This document shows positions 41,882 to 52,900 of a stretch of DNA of 64,000 nucleotides, one piece after another. The position numbers and the translations under genes are program-made. This DNA is from an uncultured Methanosarcinaceae archaeon. Lineage in GTDB: Archaea > Halobacteriota > Methanosarcinia > Methanosarcinales > Methanosarcinaceae. Below the pieces are notes generated by a model, which saw nothing but the letters and a program-made list of their open reading frames with translations, made no database searches and had not been told where the DNA came from. Position 1 is the stretch's first letter, and each line of letters begins with the position of its first letter. The stretch covers positions 83,365-147,364 of the forward strand of contig CAVRJG010000045.1 in assembly GCA_963721455.1 (NCBI GenBank), read 5' to 3'.

Positions 41882-41909
41882 CTGTATCCTCGTTACCTAT
41901 TCATAAAGC

Positions 41910-42812
41910 TTAGGAGTGAAACTTCCATTTACCCCGGAGTTTTTCCATAATAATCGAATAAGTAAAAGACAAAGTTTTCCAGTTAAATATAAATTTAATG
42001 ATTGGAAAAATCAGAGAATATATCTTAACACGTATCTCCGCATTTCCCCGGAAATCCAGCATTGGATTCATGAACAAAGGATTAATGGAAAAACTGCAGT
42101 GCCTGCACCGGCTGTAGGCCAATCCCATAATAGCATGTAAAATCCCACAAAGCATGCCCGTATCTGCCGGATCGGAAAGGCCAAAAGTCATGTAAGATTC
42201 CAGACGCTTAATTTTTATCCCATTTAGCAAATCGGAAAACAGATGAAATAAAGGTATTCGGAGAGATTTAAATGCTTCCAGACCCAGGTGAAGTTTTTCT
42301 CTGGCAGTCATCCCCTCTTTTGCCTTTTCTTCACTTTCGGTCCTGATTTTCTTTTTTCCTCGTAATTTAGCAATTATTCCTGTTTTTTCTTTTTTCTCAC
42401 TTACTTCTATTGTTTTTTCCTTATTCTCACTTACTTGTATTCTTTTTTCTTCCGGTTTTTTTTCTTCAATCTCTTTTCTGCCCTCCACTTCAATTTTACC
42501 CTCTGTTTTTATAATGTCTTCTGCGCTCTTTTGAGTCCCCTCCGGAAATTCTTCACCTTGATTACGTTCTACTATTCTTTCCTTTTTCGGCTTTTCCGCC
42601 CCTTCAAAAAGGTTCACTTTTTCTCCGGGCTCTCCGACTAAAAAGGTATGGGAAAAAAGTAGCCATTTTACAGTAAATATGCCTCCGAATTCTTTCTTTT
42701 CTTCCAGACTGAGAACCTTAAGCTTGAAAGTGAAGCCTATTGCCGTAAAAAGTATGAATAAAATCAATAGAAAAACCAGCAGGAGAAGATAGATGGCCAG
42801 CATATTAAACAA
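41910..42812 (-). CDS. DUF2953 (YtfI-like) membrane-anchored protein
   Basis: N-terminal TM, charged linker, FGLSDPADTGMLCG motif. Confidence 0.75.
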   Translation of the reverse strand: MFNMLAIYLLLLVFLLILFILFTAIGFTFKLKVLSLEEKKEFGGIFTVKWLLFSHTFLVGEPGEKVNLFEGAEKPKKERIVERNQGEEFPEGTQKSAEDIIKTEGKIEVEGRKEIEEKKPEEKRIQVSENKEKTIEVSEKKEKTGIIAKLRGKKKIRTESEEKAKEGMTAREKLHLGLEAFKSLRIPLFHLFSDLLNGIKIKRLESYMTFGLSDPADTGMLCGILHAIMGLAYSRCRHCSFSINPLFMNPMLDFRGNAEIRVKIYSLIFPIIKFIFNWKTLSFTYSIIMEKLRGKWKFHS

Positions 42813-42920
42813 GTTCAGGAAAAATGGACAGTCCTGACTGTCCTGACTATCCTGAAAACCCCGACTTCTGAGTCCCGGTTCCTGGAAAAATCCTTTAAAA
42901 GGGTTTAAATTCCAGAAAAT

Positions 42921-43397
42921 TTAGTGAAAGCATCCTCCTTCTTCGACCTTGACCTCTATTTCTTCTATGGTCTCCTTTTCTCGAGCTTCTTTTTCTTTAA
43001 TTTCCTTTTCTTGCAATTTCTCTTCTTTTTTGCTTTTACCTCTCATGCCTTTGAGCTTGTCCATAATCTCAGGCACAAGATCCGGAATTGAACTAAGAAT
43101 TGATCCGACGTCGCTCCTCTCAGAAATCCGGAAGATTCTGGCTTCCTCTTCAGAAAGCATAATGAATGCAACAGGCTCGATCTTCGCGCCTGCACCGCCG
43201 CCGCCTCCATATCCGGATTCGGTTTCCTTCTTGCCTTCCCCACCGCCTGCTCCGAAACCCAGAGTAATCCTTGAAATTGGAATAATTGTTTTCCCGGCAG
43301 CAGTAATAGGTTCTCCAACTACGGTTTTGGTAGTCGCGATTCTCTCAAGTTCACCTGCGATTTCTTTGATAGTGGCTTCTACACCCATCTTTTCCAT
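42921..43397 (-). CDS. GerW/YtfJ-family protein
   Basis: TVVGEPI..TIIPISRITLGFGAGGG..GGGGGAGAKIEPVAF. Confidence 0.88.
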   Translation of the reverse strand: MEKMGVEATIKEIAGELERIATTKTVVGEPITAAGKTIIPISRITLGFGAGGGEGKKETESGYGGGGGAGAKIEPVAFIMLSEEEARIFRISERSDVGSILSSIPDLVPEIMDKLKGMRGKSKKEEKLQEKEIKEKEAREKETIEEIEVKVEEGGCFH

Positions 43398-43774
43398 CCC
43401 CTATTTTGTATATTGTTTCGTCTATAAGGATAATAAAGGTTTTCTATTATTTTTAATTTCCACTCTAATTTAAATAAATTTAAGGTAAATTAAGTTCGAA
43501 TTTAATTATATTTGAGTAATCCTGCATTCATTGTTTTAAATGCAGCTTTAATTTCAGGAAAATACTTTAGTGTTCTTAAGAGGCCAATTATTCTTTTTAT
43601 TAGACCATATGAATTGAGATATAACTCCTTGATCTTATAAAAGAATATTTTAAGATAATTAATCTAATGTCATATATTGGCAGAAATGTTGGAAATCGAA
43701 ATCAATATTGCTATTTTAAAAACTCGGGCTTAGAACGTTTTTTATCCATTAAAACCAGCTTCATAGCCTGACTG

Positions 43775-43797
43775 GTGAACTACCCCTCACCTTTAAA
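43775..43797 (-). mobile_element. Truncated IS200/IS605-type right end
   Basis: gtgaactacccctc abutting a 5'-truncated gene. Confidence 0.55.
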
Positions 43798-43799
43798 AC

Positions 43800-44469
43800 T
43801 TCGTCTCTCAACTCCGGATAACAATACCCTTTCAGGAAATACAGCATATGGCAACGGCAGAGGAGTCCATTTTGGCAGCTCTGACGGTAACATACTCTCA
43901 GGCAATACCGTCCGAAACAACAATGTTTACGGTCTTTATGTCTGTCCCAGAAGCGACACTAACCTTATTTACAACAATTATTTCAATGACACCAATATGA
44001 CTATTCGAAACGGGATCGGAAACGCTTACAGTACCACAAAAACAACAGGTACTAATATTGTAGGCGGACCGTATATAGGAGGCAACTTCTGGGGAAAACC
44101 TGATGGCACGGGATTTTCCGATACCGCAGTGGATAAGGATGGGGATGGAATTTCCGATTCCGCTTATACTAATATAACAGGCAGCGTCTACTCAGATTAC
44201 CTGCCTTTGTAGCTTTAAAACAGGTACCAGTTGCAAACTTCAGCAGCAATGTAACCTCAGGAAAAGCACCTCTCGGCATAAGTTTTACTGACACGAGCAC
44301 AGGAACGCCAACAGCATGGAACTGGAGTTTTGGAGACGGGACATATTCAACAGTACAGAAACCAAAGCACACTTATTCAAAAGCAGGAACCTATTCAGTA
44401 ACACTTAATGCAAGTAACGCAGCCGGCACTGGTACGAAGACCAGAGCCAATTATATAGAAATAACATAA
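43800..44469 (+). pseudogene. 3' remnant of a NosD/parallel beta-helix plus PKD surface protein, frameshift ~44208
   Basis: NLIYNNYFN..GTNIVGGPYIGGNFW..DKDGDGISD..DYLP, then in another frame PVANFSSNVTSGKAPL..FTDTSTG.PTAWNWSFGDG ending TAA 44467-44469; no start. Confidence 0.85.
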
Positions 44470-44597
44470 GTAAAAGCTTTATAGAACCGGGTTGCAAAAA
44501 ATCTGTTTAATAAACAATTTAATGCCTGAAAAAGAAAAGTGAAGGAATTTTCGAAAAAAAACCATATTCAAAAACTGAGTGAGGGAGCTGCGTGCTT

Positions 44598-46922
44598 TCA
44601 AAGTTTTTCTGCAAGGCTCCCGAACTCCAGCCGACTTGAAGCCGGAGATTCCGGCTCTTTCTTTTCAGGGTTATTCGGCGTGATGTGCGCAAAAAACTCT
44701 TCCATGAGACTTCCCACATCCCTTGGCGCAACATCAATAAATTCTCTTTTTTCTTCAGGTGGGAAATAATCAAAGACCGAAAATTTGCCGAGTTTACGCA
44801 TCTGTGAACCCTGGTAGCGGGAATCAAGGAGAATCCTTACTCCAAAGTCCTCCGGAGAGCGTACTACCCTTCCCATTGCCTGCCTGACCTTCCTGATTGT
44901 CGGCACCTGGACTGCAAACTCCCAGCCATCCCCACAGCTGAAAACCGTATCATATGCAGACTCGACAGCCTTGATTCTGTCGTTTAGAGCCGGGTACCCG
45001 ACTCCCACTACAATCACTGTCCTGCCTCGACCGTCTCTGAAATCAACGCCTTCGCTCAACGTTCCCCAGAGATAGGTTATAAGTACGGCTTTTTCTCCCT
45101 GTTCCCCTATTTTGAAAAATTCCTCCCGGATTTCCTGGGCTGAAACCCCTACCTCGTCAAGGAAAATGGGAATGGAAAGCTCAGGCTCAAGGAGTTTGGT
45201 ATAGCGGAGCGCTTCAGCATAGCTCTGGAAGTAAATAACCACATTGCCCGCTGATGCAACAGCAGCCGCAAGCAGAGTTTCTTTCAAACTCTCAAGAGTC
45301 TCGGGGCTGTCCCGGTTTTTTGCAAAAAGGGGTGGAATTGAAACCGCAAGAGTAAGCCTTCTTTCCTGAGGAAAGGTAGTTGCATAGGTGATTTCTTCCA
45401 CTTCCCTTGAGATGCCAAGTGTGGACCTGACCATCTCGAAGGGGCGAAGTGTAGCCGACATGAGCACTGCCGTGTAAACGGAATCAAGCAAAGGCTGGGT
45501 CACGTTTTTAGGGATGCATGTGAAGAGTTCGATCCTGCCGGCTACCCTATCGCTTTTAAAGTCCCTGCGCACGTTCAGGATCGGATAATAGTTCTGCCTG
45601 TCAGAAAGTACAAGGTAAGAGGATAGAAAATCGGCAACATACCGGATCTGGGAACGTTTCGGGACTGAGAGAAGCCCTTTTTTGTAGTTTTCCGCATAAA
45701 TCTCTTCCAGCCTGCCCCCGAACTCGCCAATTTCCCGCAGCCGGGTCAGAACCTTTTCTTCATCTGCAAAGCCTTCTTTTTGTGCGTCCCGCAAAAAACG
45801 AACTTTAAGGATGTCAAGGCGTTCATAAGGGTCGCTTATCTGAATGTCCTGCCAGTTCTTTCCAAGCCTGTTCCTTTCCCCGAACTTTAACTTCGAGTCA
45901 TATGTGTCCCTGAGAGCGGCCAGCAGGCAGGAAAACAGCCTCTTCGCATACAGCCTGACCGCATAGTCCTGATCAAGAGGAATGCCGTTTCCTGAGCCAG
46001 CTCCCGGCCCGAATACAGGAGAGCTGTCGGAATTAGGGACTTCCCCTATTTCAGAAAGGGCTTTTTCAATGGTAAGTTCAGAGAGCATTATGGAGGAATG
46101 TGAGCGGGCCGACGCCTCAATATTATGCGCCTCGTCAAAGATGAGAATAATATCTTCCGGGTCGTGTTCAAGCCATTTAAGCAGTGTCATGAAGATTTCG
46201 GCACTGAGCACATGATGGAAATTACAGATCAGAAGTTCGGTATGTTTGAGTTCTTTTTTAAGCAGTTCATACCCGCACATATCCCGGTCTTCTGCATATT
46301 CCATTACTTCTTCAGGGCTCCTTACATCGGAAAAGAGCCAGGAGGAAAACTCGTTTCCTTCGAACTTAAGCACCTCGTAAAGCTTTGGGCAGGAGTGGCT
46401 CCTCAGAGACTGAGCCTTTTTCCGGGCTTCTTCGACTTCCTTTTCAAGCTCATTCCTTAAGGCATAAAGGGACTGATCTTTAGTCCGCTTATACTTTTCA
46501 TAGGCGTCCTTGAGCTCTTTTTCCTTTGAAGCAACTTCCCTCTCAAACTCGAGAAGATCATAGGTGTTTTCTCCTTTTAACTTGCATTCCTCGTAGTCGA
46601 GATTTTCAGGGCACATAGAAGTCTTGCCCTTAAAAACGATTGTTTTTATGCTGTTGTCCCGGGAAATATCTCTTGCTTCGGTTATAAACTGGACCATTTG
46701 CTGGTGGACATTGGTGACTATGATAACGATTTTATTAAGTTTCTTCCCAACACTCAATGCAGGAGCAAGTGCACTCAGAGTCTTGCCTGTCCCACATGCC
46801 CCCTCAAAAAGCACGATTTTCTCCTTCAGGAGAGCCGAGTTAATTTTCTCCATGGCTTCTGCCTGGTTAGGGTAGCAACTTTGTTTTGTAAAATACTTCA
46901 TGTATCCATTCTTTTGCATCAT
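44598..46922 (-). CDS. XPD/Rad3/DinG-family helicase
   Basis: YPNQ, GACGTGKT, Fe-S cysteines, FDEAHN, MSATL, SEGVDF and QAMGRVVR motifs. Confidence 0.93.
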   Translation of the reverse strand: MMQKNGYMKYFTKQSCYPNQAEAMEKINSALLKEKIVLFEGACGTGKTLSALAPALSVGKKLNKIVIIVTNVHQQMVQFITEARDISRDNSIKTIVFKGKTSMCPENLDYEECKLKGENTYDLLEFEREVASKEKELKDAYEKYKRTKDQSLYALRNELEKEVEEARKKAQSLRSHSCPKLYEVLKFEGNEFSSWLFSDVRSPEEVMEYAEDRDMCGYELLKKELKHTELLICNFHHVLSAEIFMTLLKWLEHDPEDIILIFDEAHNIEASARSHSSIMLSELTIEKALSEIGEVPNSDSSPVFGPGAGSGNGIPLDQDYAVRLYAKRLFSCLLAALRDTYDSKLKFGERNRLGKNWQDIQISDPYERLDILKVRFLRDAQKEGFADEEKVLTRLREIGEFGGRLEEIYAENYKKGLLSVPKRSQIRYVADFLSSYLVLSDRQNYYPILNVRRDFKSDRVAGRIELFTCIPKNVTQPLLDSVYTAVLMSATLRPFEMVRSTLGISREVEEITYATTFPQERRLTLAVSIPPLFAKNRDSPETLESLKETLLAAAVASAGNVVIYFQSYAEALRYTKLLEPELSIPIFLDEVGVSAQEIREEFFKIGEQGEKAVLITYLWGTLSEGVDFRDGRGRTVIVVGVGYPALNDRIKAVESAYDTVFSCGDGWEFAVQVPTIRKVRQAMGRVVRSPEDFGVRILLDSRYQGSQMRKLGKFSVFDYFPPEEKREFIDVAPRDVGSLMEEFFAHITPNNPEKKEPESPASSRLEFGSLAEKL

Positions 46923-47293
46923 ACGCTTAACCCTGATATCTCCGATTTCCGAAAGTTCTCAGTGACTTTCCGACCTGCCGATAATTTATGAATTGAACTT
47001 TCTATGAATTGAACTTTCAAAACTTTAAATGTTTTGAAAATATTGTTGAATGTATTCTAAATTCGCCTATTGCCAACTATATTCCAAATTCGTTATATTT
47101 CTGAATCAAGTAAAAACAGAATCCAGTACTGACACCAACATACAGGAACATGAATTATTTTTACTTATTGCGTGGGTGTTTGTTATTTTAGAACCTTTCT
47201 GAAATTAACCAGAAACAAATTTCTCAAAGAAACCAGAGAAGGCAGCCAGTTGAATAATCACTGTTTATCCTGAATCCATTCTCTGCCGAACAA

Positions 47294-47644
47294 TTACTGT
47301 TTACCCATGGTACATTCTCTGCCAAGATACTCATTTCCCCATTTGCAGAGAGCGTCCAGAACAGGAAGCACCGTTTTTCCGAACTCGGTCAGAGAATACT
47401 CAACTTTAGGCGGGATTTCAGGATAAATCTTCCTGAGAATAAGCCCATTTTCTTCAAGTTCCCTCAGCTGTTTCGTAAGCATTTTAGGAGAAATACCCGG
47501 CATGCTTTGCTGGAGCCCTGAAAAACGCAGCTTTTCCGCCCTTAACTGCCAGAGGATGATAGGCTTCCATTTGCCCCCGATTACCTCAAGGGTTGCTTCC
47601 ACAGGACACTGATAATGTTTATTGTTTTGTATCTCACTTACCAT
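47294..47644 (-). CDS. HxlR-family regulator
   Basis: CPVEATLEVIGGKWK..ISPKMLTKQLRELE..PPKVEYSLT. Confidence 0.93.
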   Translation of the reverse strand: MVSEIQNNKHYQCPVEATLEVIGGKWKPIILWQLRAEKLRFSGLQQSMPGISPKMLTKQLRELEENGLILRKIYPEIPPKVEYSLTEFGKTVLPVLDALCKWGNEYLGRECTMGKQ

Positions 47645-47845
47645 ATGCTCTCATAATATCCATTTTGTTAGTTAGTATCCGGATTGGATGTATAGTATAT
47701 AAGTATAGTTGCTGCAAATTAGATATCAACAAATACAGATGCTTAAAGAAGGAAAAACCGGTATAAATTCAAAAAATAACCCGGTATAAATTCAAAAAAC
47801 AAATTCAGGGTAGATTAAGTTTAAAGAATGAGAGGCATGAATAGA

Positions 47846-48403
47846 ATGAAAGTCATAGGTATTGTAGGAAGCCCCCGGAAGAACGGAAATACAAACGCTG
47901 TTGTCCAGCAGGTTCTTGAAGGGGCAGCCGAAGCAGGAGCCGAAACCCGGACATTTTTCCTGAACGAAATGAATTACAGAGGCTGCCAGGCCTGCAACTA
48001 CTGTAAGGCCCATGAGAAGTGCAAGCTTGAAGACGACCTTGCCGAGCTGTTTGAAGAAATGAAAGAAGCGGATGGAGTGGTCTTTGGGGCTCCGATCTAT
48101 TTTGCCCAGTTTTCAGGCCAGATGAGGCTCTTCCTGGACCGCTGCTATTCCCTGGTAAACCCGGACTATTCCTCCCGCCTTCCAGCCGGAAAAAAAGCCG
48201 TGATTGTGGGAGCCCAGGGCATGCCTGATCCTGCAGCTTATAAAGGAGTCTATGAGGAATTCGGAGGCGAAATTTCCCGCTTTATGGGGATGGACGTAAA
48301 AGATATCCTTGTTTCAGCCGGCTACCAGGCTCCGGGAGAAGTCAAAAATAATGCAGAGCTTATGGCGAAAGCAAAGGATACAGGCCTTAACCTGCTCAAG
48401 TAA
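47846..48403 (+). CDS. Flavodoxin/iron-sulfur flavoprotein family protein
   Basis: GSPRKNGNT and CQACNYC..C motifs; start could also be 47828 or 47837. Confidence 0.9.
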   Translation: MKVIGIVGSPRKNGNTNAVVQQVLEGAAEAGAETRTFFLNEMNYRGCQACNYCKAHEKCKLEDDLAELFEEMKEADGVVFGAPIYFAQFSGQMRLFLDRCYSLVNPDYSSRLPAGKKAVIVGAQGMPDPAAYKGVYEEFGGEISRFMGMDVKDILVSAGYQAPGEVKNNAELMAKAKDTGLNLLK

Positions 48404-48499
48404 TGGAAGAATAACGAAAAAAATTCAGTAAAAAAGGAAGCCCATACATCAGGGTTTCCCCACCTATTTCGGTTCGGTAAAAGGAGATGAAACATCAGT

Positions 48500-49024
48500 A
48501 TGGATACTCTTGAAGCAATTCACACTCGGAGAAGCATTCGAAAATATACAGACAGGCCAGTTCCTCGGGAGCTTGTTACTGAACTGCTCCGGGCTGCTAT
48601 GAGCGCTCCTTCTGCTGTCAATTCCCAGCCCTGGGTCTTTATTGTTATTGATGACAGAAAGCTCCTCGAAGAAATTCCCACATTCAGCCCTTATGCTGGC
48701 ATGTGCAGGGAAGCGCCCCTTGCAATCCTTATCTGCGGAGACACGACTCAGGAAAAAGTTCCCGGATACTGGGTGCAGGACTGTTCGGCAGCAACCCAGA
48801 ACCTCTTGCTTGCAGCTCACGCTGTCGGGCTCGGAGCAGTCTGGACAGGAATCTATCCGATGGAGGACCGGATTGAAGGTTTCAGGAAAGCTTTTGGGCT
48901 GCCTGACCACGTAATTCCTCTGGCCTTTGTACCCATAGGCTATCCTGCCCAGAACCCCGGACTTCAGGACCGGTACAGCGAAGAGAAAGTTTACCACAAC
49001 ATGTACGGTCAGAAGAAAAAATGA
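48500..49024 (+). CDS. Nitroreductase family protein
   Basis: RRSIRKY, APSAVNSQPW and NLLLAAHAVGLGAVW motifs. Confidence 0.93.
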   Translation: MDTLEAIHTRRSIRKYTDRPVPRELVTELLRAAMSAPSAVNSQPWVFIVIDDRKLLEEIPTFSPYAGMCREAPLAILICGDTTQEKVPGYWVQDCSAATQNLLLAAHAVGLGAVWTGIYPMEDRIEGFRKAFGLPDHVIPLAFVPIGYPAQNPGLQDRYSEEKVYHNMYGQKKK

Positions 49025-49294
49025 AGCTGTAAAACCGGCAAAATCAAGACTCTGTACTGCTCCAGGAAAAGAATAGAAAAATAGAGGATCTCAAAGATTC
49101 AACTCTGCAAACGGAGTATTAAAGGAGCCAAAATTTGTATATGATAGCCTGTTTGAGGAACAGATCCATGCTTCCAGGTACTTGAATGCAGGAAATGCAA
49201 AAAAGCCTGCCCACAGCAAATCCCTGGCAGAAAGAAGCTAATGGAAGTACGGAAATTTTAGGAAAATAATTTTTGTTAAGAAGCTGGTGATTTA

Positions 49295-49585
49295 TTGACA
49301 ATAAGAGTAGTTGCAAAAAATTATGTCAAACCTGATAAAGTTCAAGAATTCATGGGCTTGTGTAAAAACCTTGTTGAAGAGTCACTAAAAGAAGAAGGCT
49401 GCATAGAATACGGGCTGTATCAGGATTTGGAGAATTCAGGAATCCTGACAATATTAGAAGAGTGGAAAGATGAAAGCAGCCTGGATGAACACTTAAACTC
49501 CAATCATTTTAAAGAAATATTTCCCTTGATGTCGGAATGTCTTGAAAAAGAAGCTGAGATCAACGTATACAAAAAAAAGCTGTGA
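49295..49585 (+). CDS. ABM/putative quinol monooxygenase
   Basis: EEGCIEYGL..EEWKDESSLDEHL..HF. Confidence 0.85.
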   Translation: MTIRVVAKNYVKPDKVQEFMGLCKNLVEESLKEEGCIEYGLYQDLENSGILTILEEWKDESSLDEHLNSNHFKEIFPLMSECLEKEAEINVYKKKL

Positions 49586-49692
49586 TTTATCTCTTTTATT
49601 CTTCAAATCCTGCTCCCGTTCATTTTTTTGAAGAAGCTCCATCAAACTCGATATAACACATGAATGCATAAATAGGCTGGGGGAAAGTAACC

Positions 49693-50268
49693 ATGATGGC
49701 AGAGAAAATCAAGATCAATAACAACGTATTCGTCTATCCTATGCCAGTAACCCTCCTTGGGGCAAACGTTAAAGGAAAAGCCAATTTCATGGCTCTTGGC
49801 TGGGTCAGCCGTGTGAATGCAAGCCCTCCGATGATTGGAGTGGGAGTACACAAATCCCATTACACGCGAGAGGGTATAAAGGAGAATGGGAGCTTCAGCG
49901 TCAATTACCCCGGTGAGGAGATGGTTAGAGAAACCGATTACTGCGGGCTTGTTTCCGGGGAAAAGATCGACAAATCCGGCATGTTTGAAGTATTTTACGG
50001 AGAGTTAGAAACAGCGCCCATGATCAAAGAGTGTACTTTGAACCTCGAGTGCAAGCTGGTCGAAACCCTGGAGTTCCCAACAAACTACTTTTTTGTGGGA
50101 GAAATTATTGCCGCTTATTCCGAAGAACAGTACCTTACTCAGGGGAAGCCCGATATTAAGAAGATGGAACCCCTGCTCCTTACCATGCCTGACAACAGCT
50201 ACTGGACCGTGGGGGACTATACCGGAGCCGCCTGGAAGATAGGAAAAAGCCTGAAAGGGGACGAATAA
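49693..50268 (+). CDS. Flavin reductase (flavoredoxin) family protein
   Basis: YPMPVTL, NFMALGW, DYCGLVSG and APMIKEC motifs. Confidence 0.9.
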   Translation: MMAEKIKINNNVFVYPMPVTLLGANVKGKANFMALGWVSRVNASPPMIGVGVHKSHYTREGIKENGSFSVNYPGEEMVRETDYCGLVSGEKIDKSGMFEVFYGELETAPMIKECTLNLECKLVETLEFPTNYFFVGEIIAAYSEEQYLTQGKPDIKKMEPLLLTMPDNSYWTVGDYTGAAWKIGKSLKGDE

Positions 50269-50320
50269 GAGAAAGAATGGATAAAAATGGAGAAAGATAG
50301 TGAATTGGAGGAGTGGAGAA

Positions 50321-50896
50321 ATGAAAGTCGTTGCGTTTAACGGAAGCCCGCGAAAAGAAGGCAATACAGCTGCACTTATAAAGCACGTTCTTACAGAACT
50401 TGAAAATGAAGGAATCGAAACCGAAACCGTGCAGGTCGGGGGAAAGAGCATCCACGGCTGCACTGCCTGTACCAAATGCTACGAAAGCAAAGACAAAAAG
50501 TGCGTAATTGACAAAGATATTGTCAATGAATGCATCGAAAAGATGCTTGAAGCCGATGGTATTATTCTTGCCTCTCCCACCTACTTTGCAGACCTGACCC
50601 CTGAGCTCAAAGCCCTGATAGATAGGGCAGGATTTGTTGCCAAAGCCAACGGCGAGCTGTTCAGGCACAAGGTGGGAGCAGCCGTTGTTGCAGTAAGAAG
50701 GGCCGGGTCAGTCCATGTCTTTGACTCCATCAACCATTTCTTTACGATATCCCAGATGATAATTCCGGGGTCGAGCTACTGGAATATAGGGATAGGCCTT
50801 GCTGAGGGAGACGTTGAAAAAGATGAAGAAGGCATCCGGACCATGGAAGTCCTGGGGCAGAATATGGCGTGGCTTTTGAAAAAGCTCAACGCGTGA
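50321..50896 (+). CDS. Iron-sulfur flavoprotein (Isf-like)
   Basis: [17 protein letters not shown]-x7-C, ASPTYF and RRAG motifs. Confidence 0.9.
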   Translation: MKVVAFNGSPRKEGNTAALIKHVLTELENEGIETETVQVGGKSIHGCTACTKCYESKDKKCVIDKDIVNECIEKMLEADGIILASPTYFADLTPELKALIDRAGFVAKANGELFRHKVGAAVVAVRRAGSVHVFDSINHFFTISQMIIPGSSYWNIGIGLAEGDVEKDEEGIRTMEVLGQNMAWLLKKLNA

Positions 50897-51042
50897 TTAG
50901 CTAATGCAGAAATTTAGTTTAATGCATAGCTGATTCATAAGTTCAAGACATCATTTTTCGTATGCTTCCGCCTCAAAGATGGGGGCAACCTTACTTTTTT
51001 ATTCAGGGAAATGAATTTCATAGATATAATTGGGGGAATTAA

Positions 51043-51684
51043 ATGAAAATTTTGTACATTTACGCCCACCCGGAACCGAAATCTTTTAACGGTGCTTTGA
51101 AAGATACAGCCCTTGCCGCCCTGCAGGAAAAAGGGCACGAAGTAAAGCTTTCCGACCTTTATGCAATGAACTTCAATCCTGTGCTCAATGCAGGAGACTT
51201 CACAGATAGAAAAAAGCCGGATGTTTTCAAGCCGTTCTTTGAAGCGATCCAGGCCTCCAAAACAGGAGCTTTTGCGCCTGACATTAAAGAGGAAATGGAA
51301 AAAGTAAAATGGGCAGACCTCTTAATTTTTCAGTTCCCGATCTACTTCACAGCCATGCCTGCAATCATGAAAGGCTGGATAGACAGGGTCCTGGCTCCGG
51401 GCTTTGGCTTCAACCCTATCACAAACAACGCCTATGAAACCGGACTCCTGAAAGGAAAATCTGCAATGCTTGCCACCACTACAGGGGCTTCAAAGGAGTG
51501 GTATTCCGAAGGAGGGGAACACGGGAACCTGAACAGGCACCTTGAGTCGGTCACTCACTGTGTCTTTGAGTATATGGGGATAAAGGTGCTACCGTCCCAT
51601 ATTATCTACGAGGTGAGCAGCCTCTCAAAGGAAAAGGGGGCTGAAGAACTCGAGAAATATAGAAAGAGAATATCTGAACTATAA
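51043..51684 (+). CDS. NAD(P)H dehydrogenase (quinone), flavodoxin-2 fold
   Basis: AHPEPKSFN, SDLY, QFPIY and PAIMKGWIDRV motifs. Confidence 0.92.
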   Translation: MKILYIYAHPEPKSFNGALKDTALAALQEKGHEVKLSDLYAMNFNPVLNAGDFTDRKKPDVFKPFFEAIQASKTGAFAPDIKEEMEKVKWADLLIFQFPIYFTAMPAIMKGWIDRVLAPGFGFNPITNNAYETGLLKGKSAMLATTTGASKEWYSEGGEHGNLNRHLESVTHCVFEYMGIKVLPSHIIYEVSSLSKEKGAEELEKYRKRISEL

Positions 51685-51806
51685 ATAGAGAAGAAAACGC
51701 ATTTATTTCTTTTTTGAGAATTCAGGACTGGAAAGCAGCCTTAACCTTTATATTACTTTATACAATAATAGATGCACACTGTATTTTTATAAAAACCTAT
51801 ATTAAC

Positions 51807-51830
51807 CGTTATGTGTTTTCAGACATATCA
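51807..51830. promoter_or_regulatory. ModE-like box just downstream of a TATA box
   Basis: cgttatgtg-ttttca-gacatatca after aaaaacctatattaa; same geometry as 62414-62437. Confidence 0.55.
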
Positions 51831-52083
51831 TAAGAATTCCATACAGGTGCACGGATCTAAATATTTGCTCAGCAGCCCTTAAGAGTCCGGAAAAGAAGCT
51901 TGCGCCGTGTTCATAGCTGCAAATGTCAGGAGAATAAGAGGAACGTAATCAGGAATAAGATTAACAGAACAAGAAATAAAGTGAACATGGATCGGGAGCA
52001 AGGAAATTGATACGAAAAACCGGCAGCAAAGGAAATAGAAACATAAAATAAGGAATTTATAAAGGAAATTTTTGAGGCAAAGC

Positions 52084-52875
52084 ATGATAGACCTTTTTGA
52101 CCTTTACTTTTTCGAAGACTGCCCCTATCAGGATGAAAGTGCAGAACTGCTCAAACTTGAAGGTAGGGGAAAAATAAGGATTGTTTCTAGAGAAAAGGGG
52201 ACCTGTGCCTGCGCCGGGGAGCTGACAGAGTATTACGAAAGAAAAGGCCTGAAAAACCTGAATTGCCTCAGAGACGGCATGATTTTCAAGCCAGGAGATG
52301 CAATTTTCGAAGCCGAAGGAGATCTCAAACTCCTGTTCAAACTCTGGAGAGTCTCCCAGACCTTCCTTTCCCTCATGTGCGCCATTGCCACAAAAACTGC
52401 CTCTATGGTAAGTGCAGGCCGAAAGGCAAACCCGGACCTTATTATTGCAACCAGCCGAAAAACCCATCCCGGATCCCGGATATTTGAACTCAGAGCCGTC
52501 CGGGCAGGCGGAGGAGACATCCACCGAAACTCCCTCAGCGATTCCATCCAGATCAGCCAGAACCACCTGGAAGTTTCCGGGGAACTGGGAGAACTCAGGG
52601 CTATGAAAAAAATAGAAATCGAGCCCAGGTCAAGGGAAGAAGCATTCAAATATGTCAAAATGGCAGATATAATGCTCCTTGACCATCTTTCCCCGGAGGA
52701 ACTTCAGGAACTCGGACCCGAACTTAAGAAACTCAACCCTAAACTTGAACTTGCAGTGGGAGGAATCGAAGCTTCCAGGATCCCTGAATACGCCCCTCTT
52801 GTCGACATTATCGTCATAAGCGCCCCCTATTATGCAAATCCCCTTGACTTTACAACGAAGATCGAAAGGATATGA
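52084..52875 (+). CDS. ModD-like (NadC/QPRTase fold) protein
   Basis: EDCPYQD, LWRVSQ, IATKT, TSRKTHPG, HRNSLSDS, IEIE and MLLD motifs. Confidence 0.8.
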   Translation: MIDLFDLYFFEDCPYQDESAELLKLEGRGKIRIVSREKGTCACAGELTEYYERKGLKNLNCLRDGMIFKPGDAIFEAEGDLKLLFKLWRVSQTFLSLMCAIATKTASMVSAGRKANPDLIIATSRKTHPGSRIFELRAVRAGGGDIHRNSLSDSIQISQNHLEVSGELGELRAMKKIEIEPRSREEAFKYVKMADIMLLDHLSPEELQELGPELKKLNPKLELAVGGIEASRIPEYAPLVDIIVISAPYYANPLDFTTKIERI

Positions 52876-52900
52876 GAAAAAGAGATAAAAAGGTAGCAGC

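Noticed and set aside
46986-47800. Short tandem duplications at ~46987 and ~47758 (also ~4187, ~42831)
   Set aside because: Two to three copy slippage repeats with no further structure.
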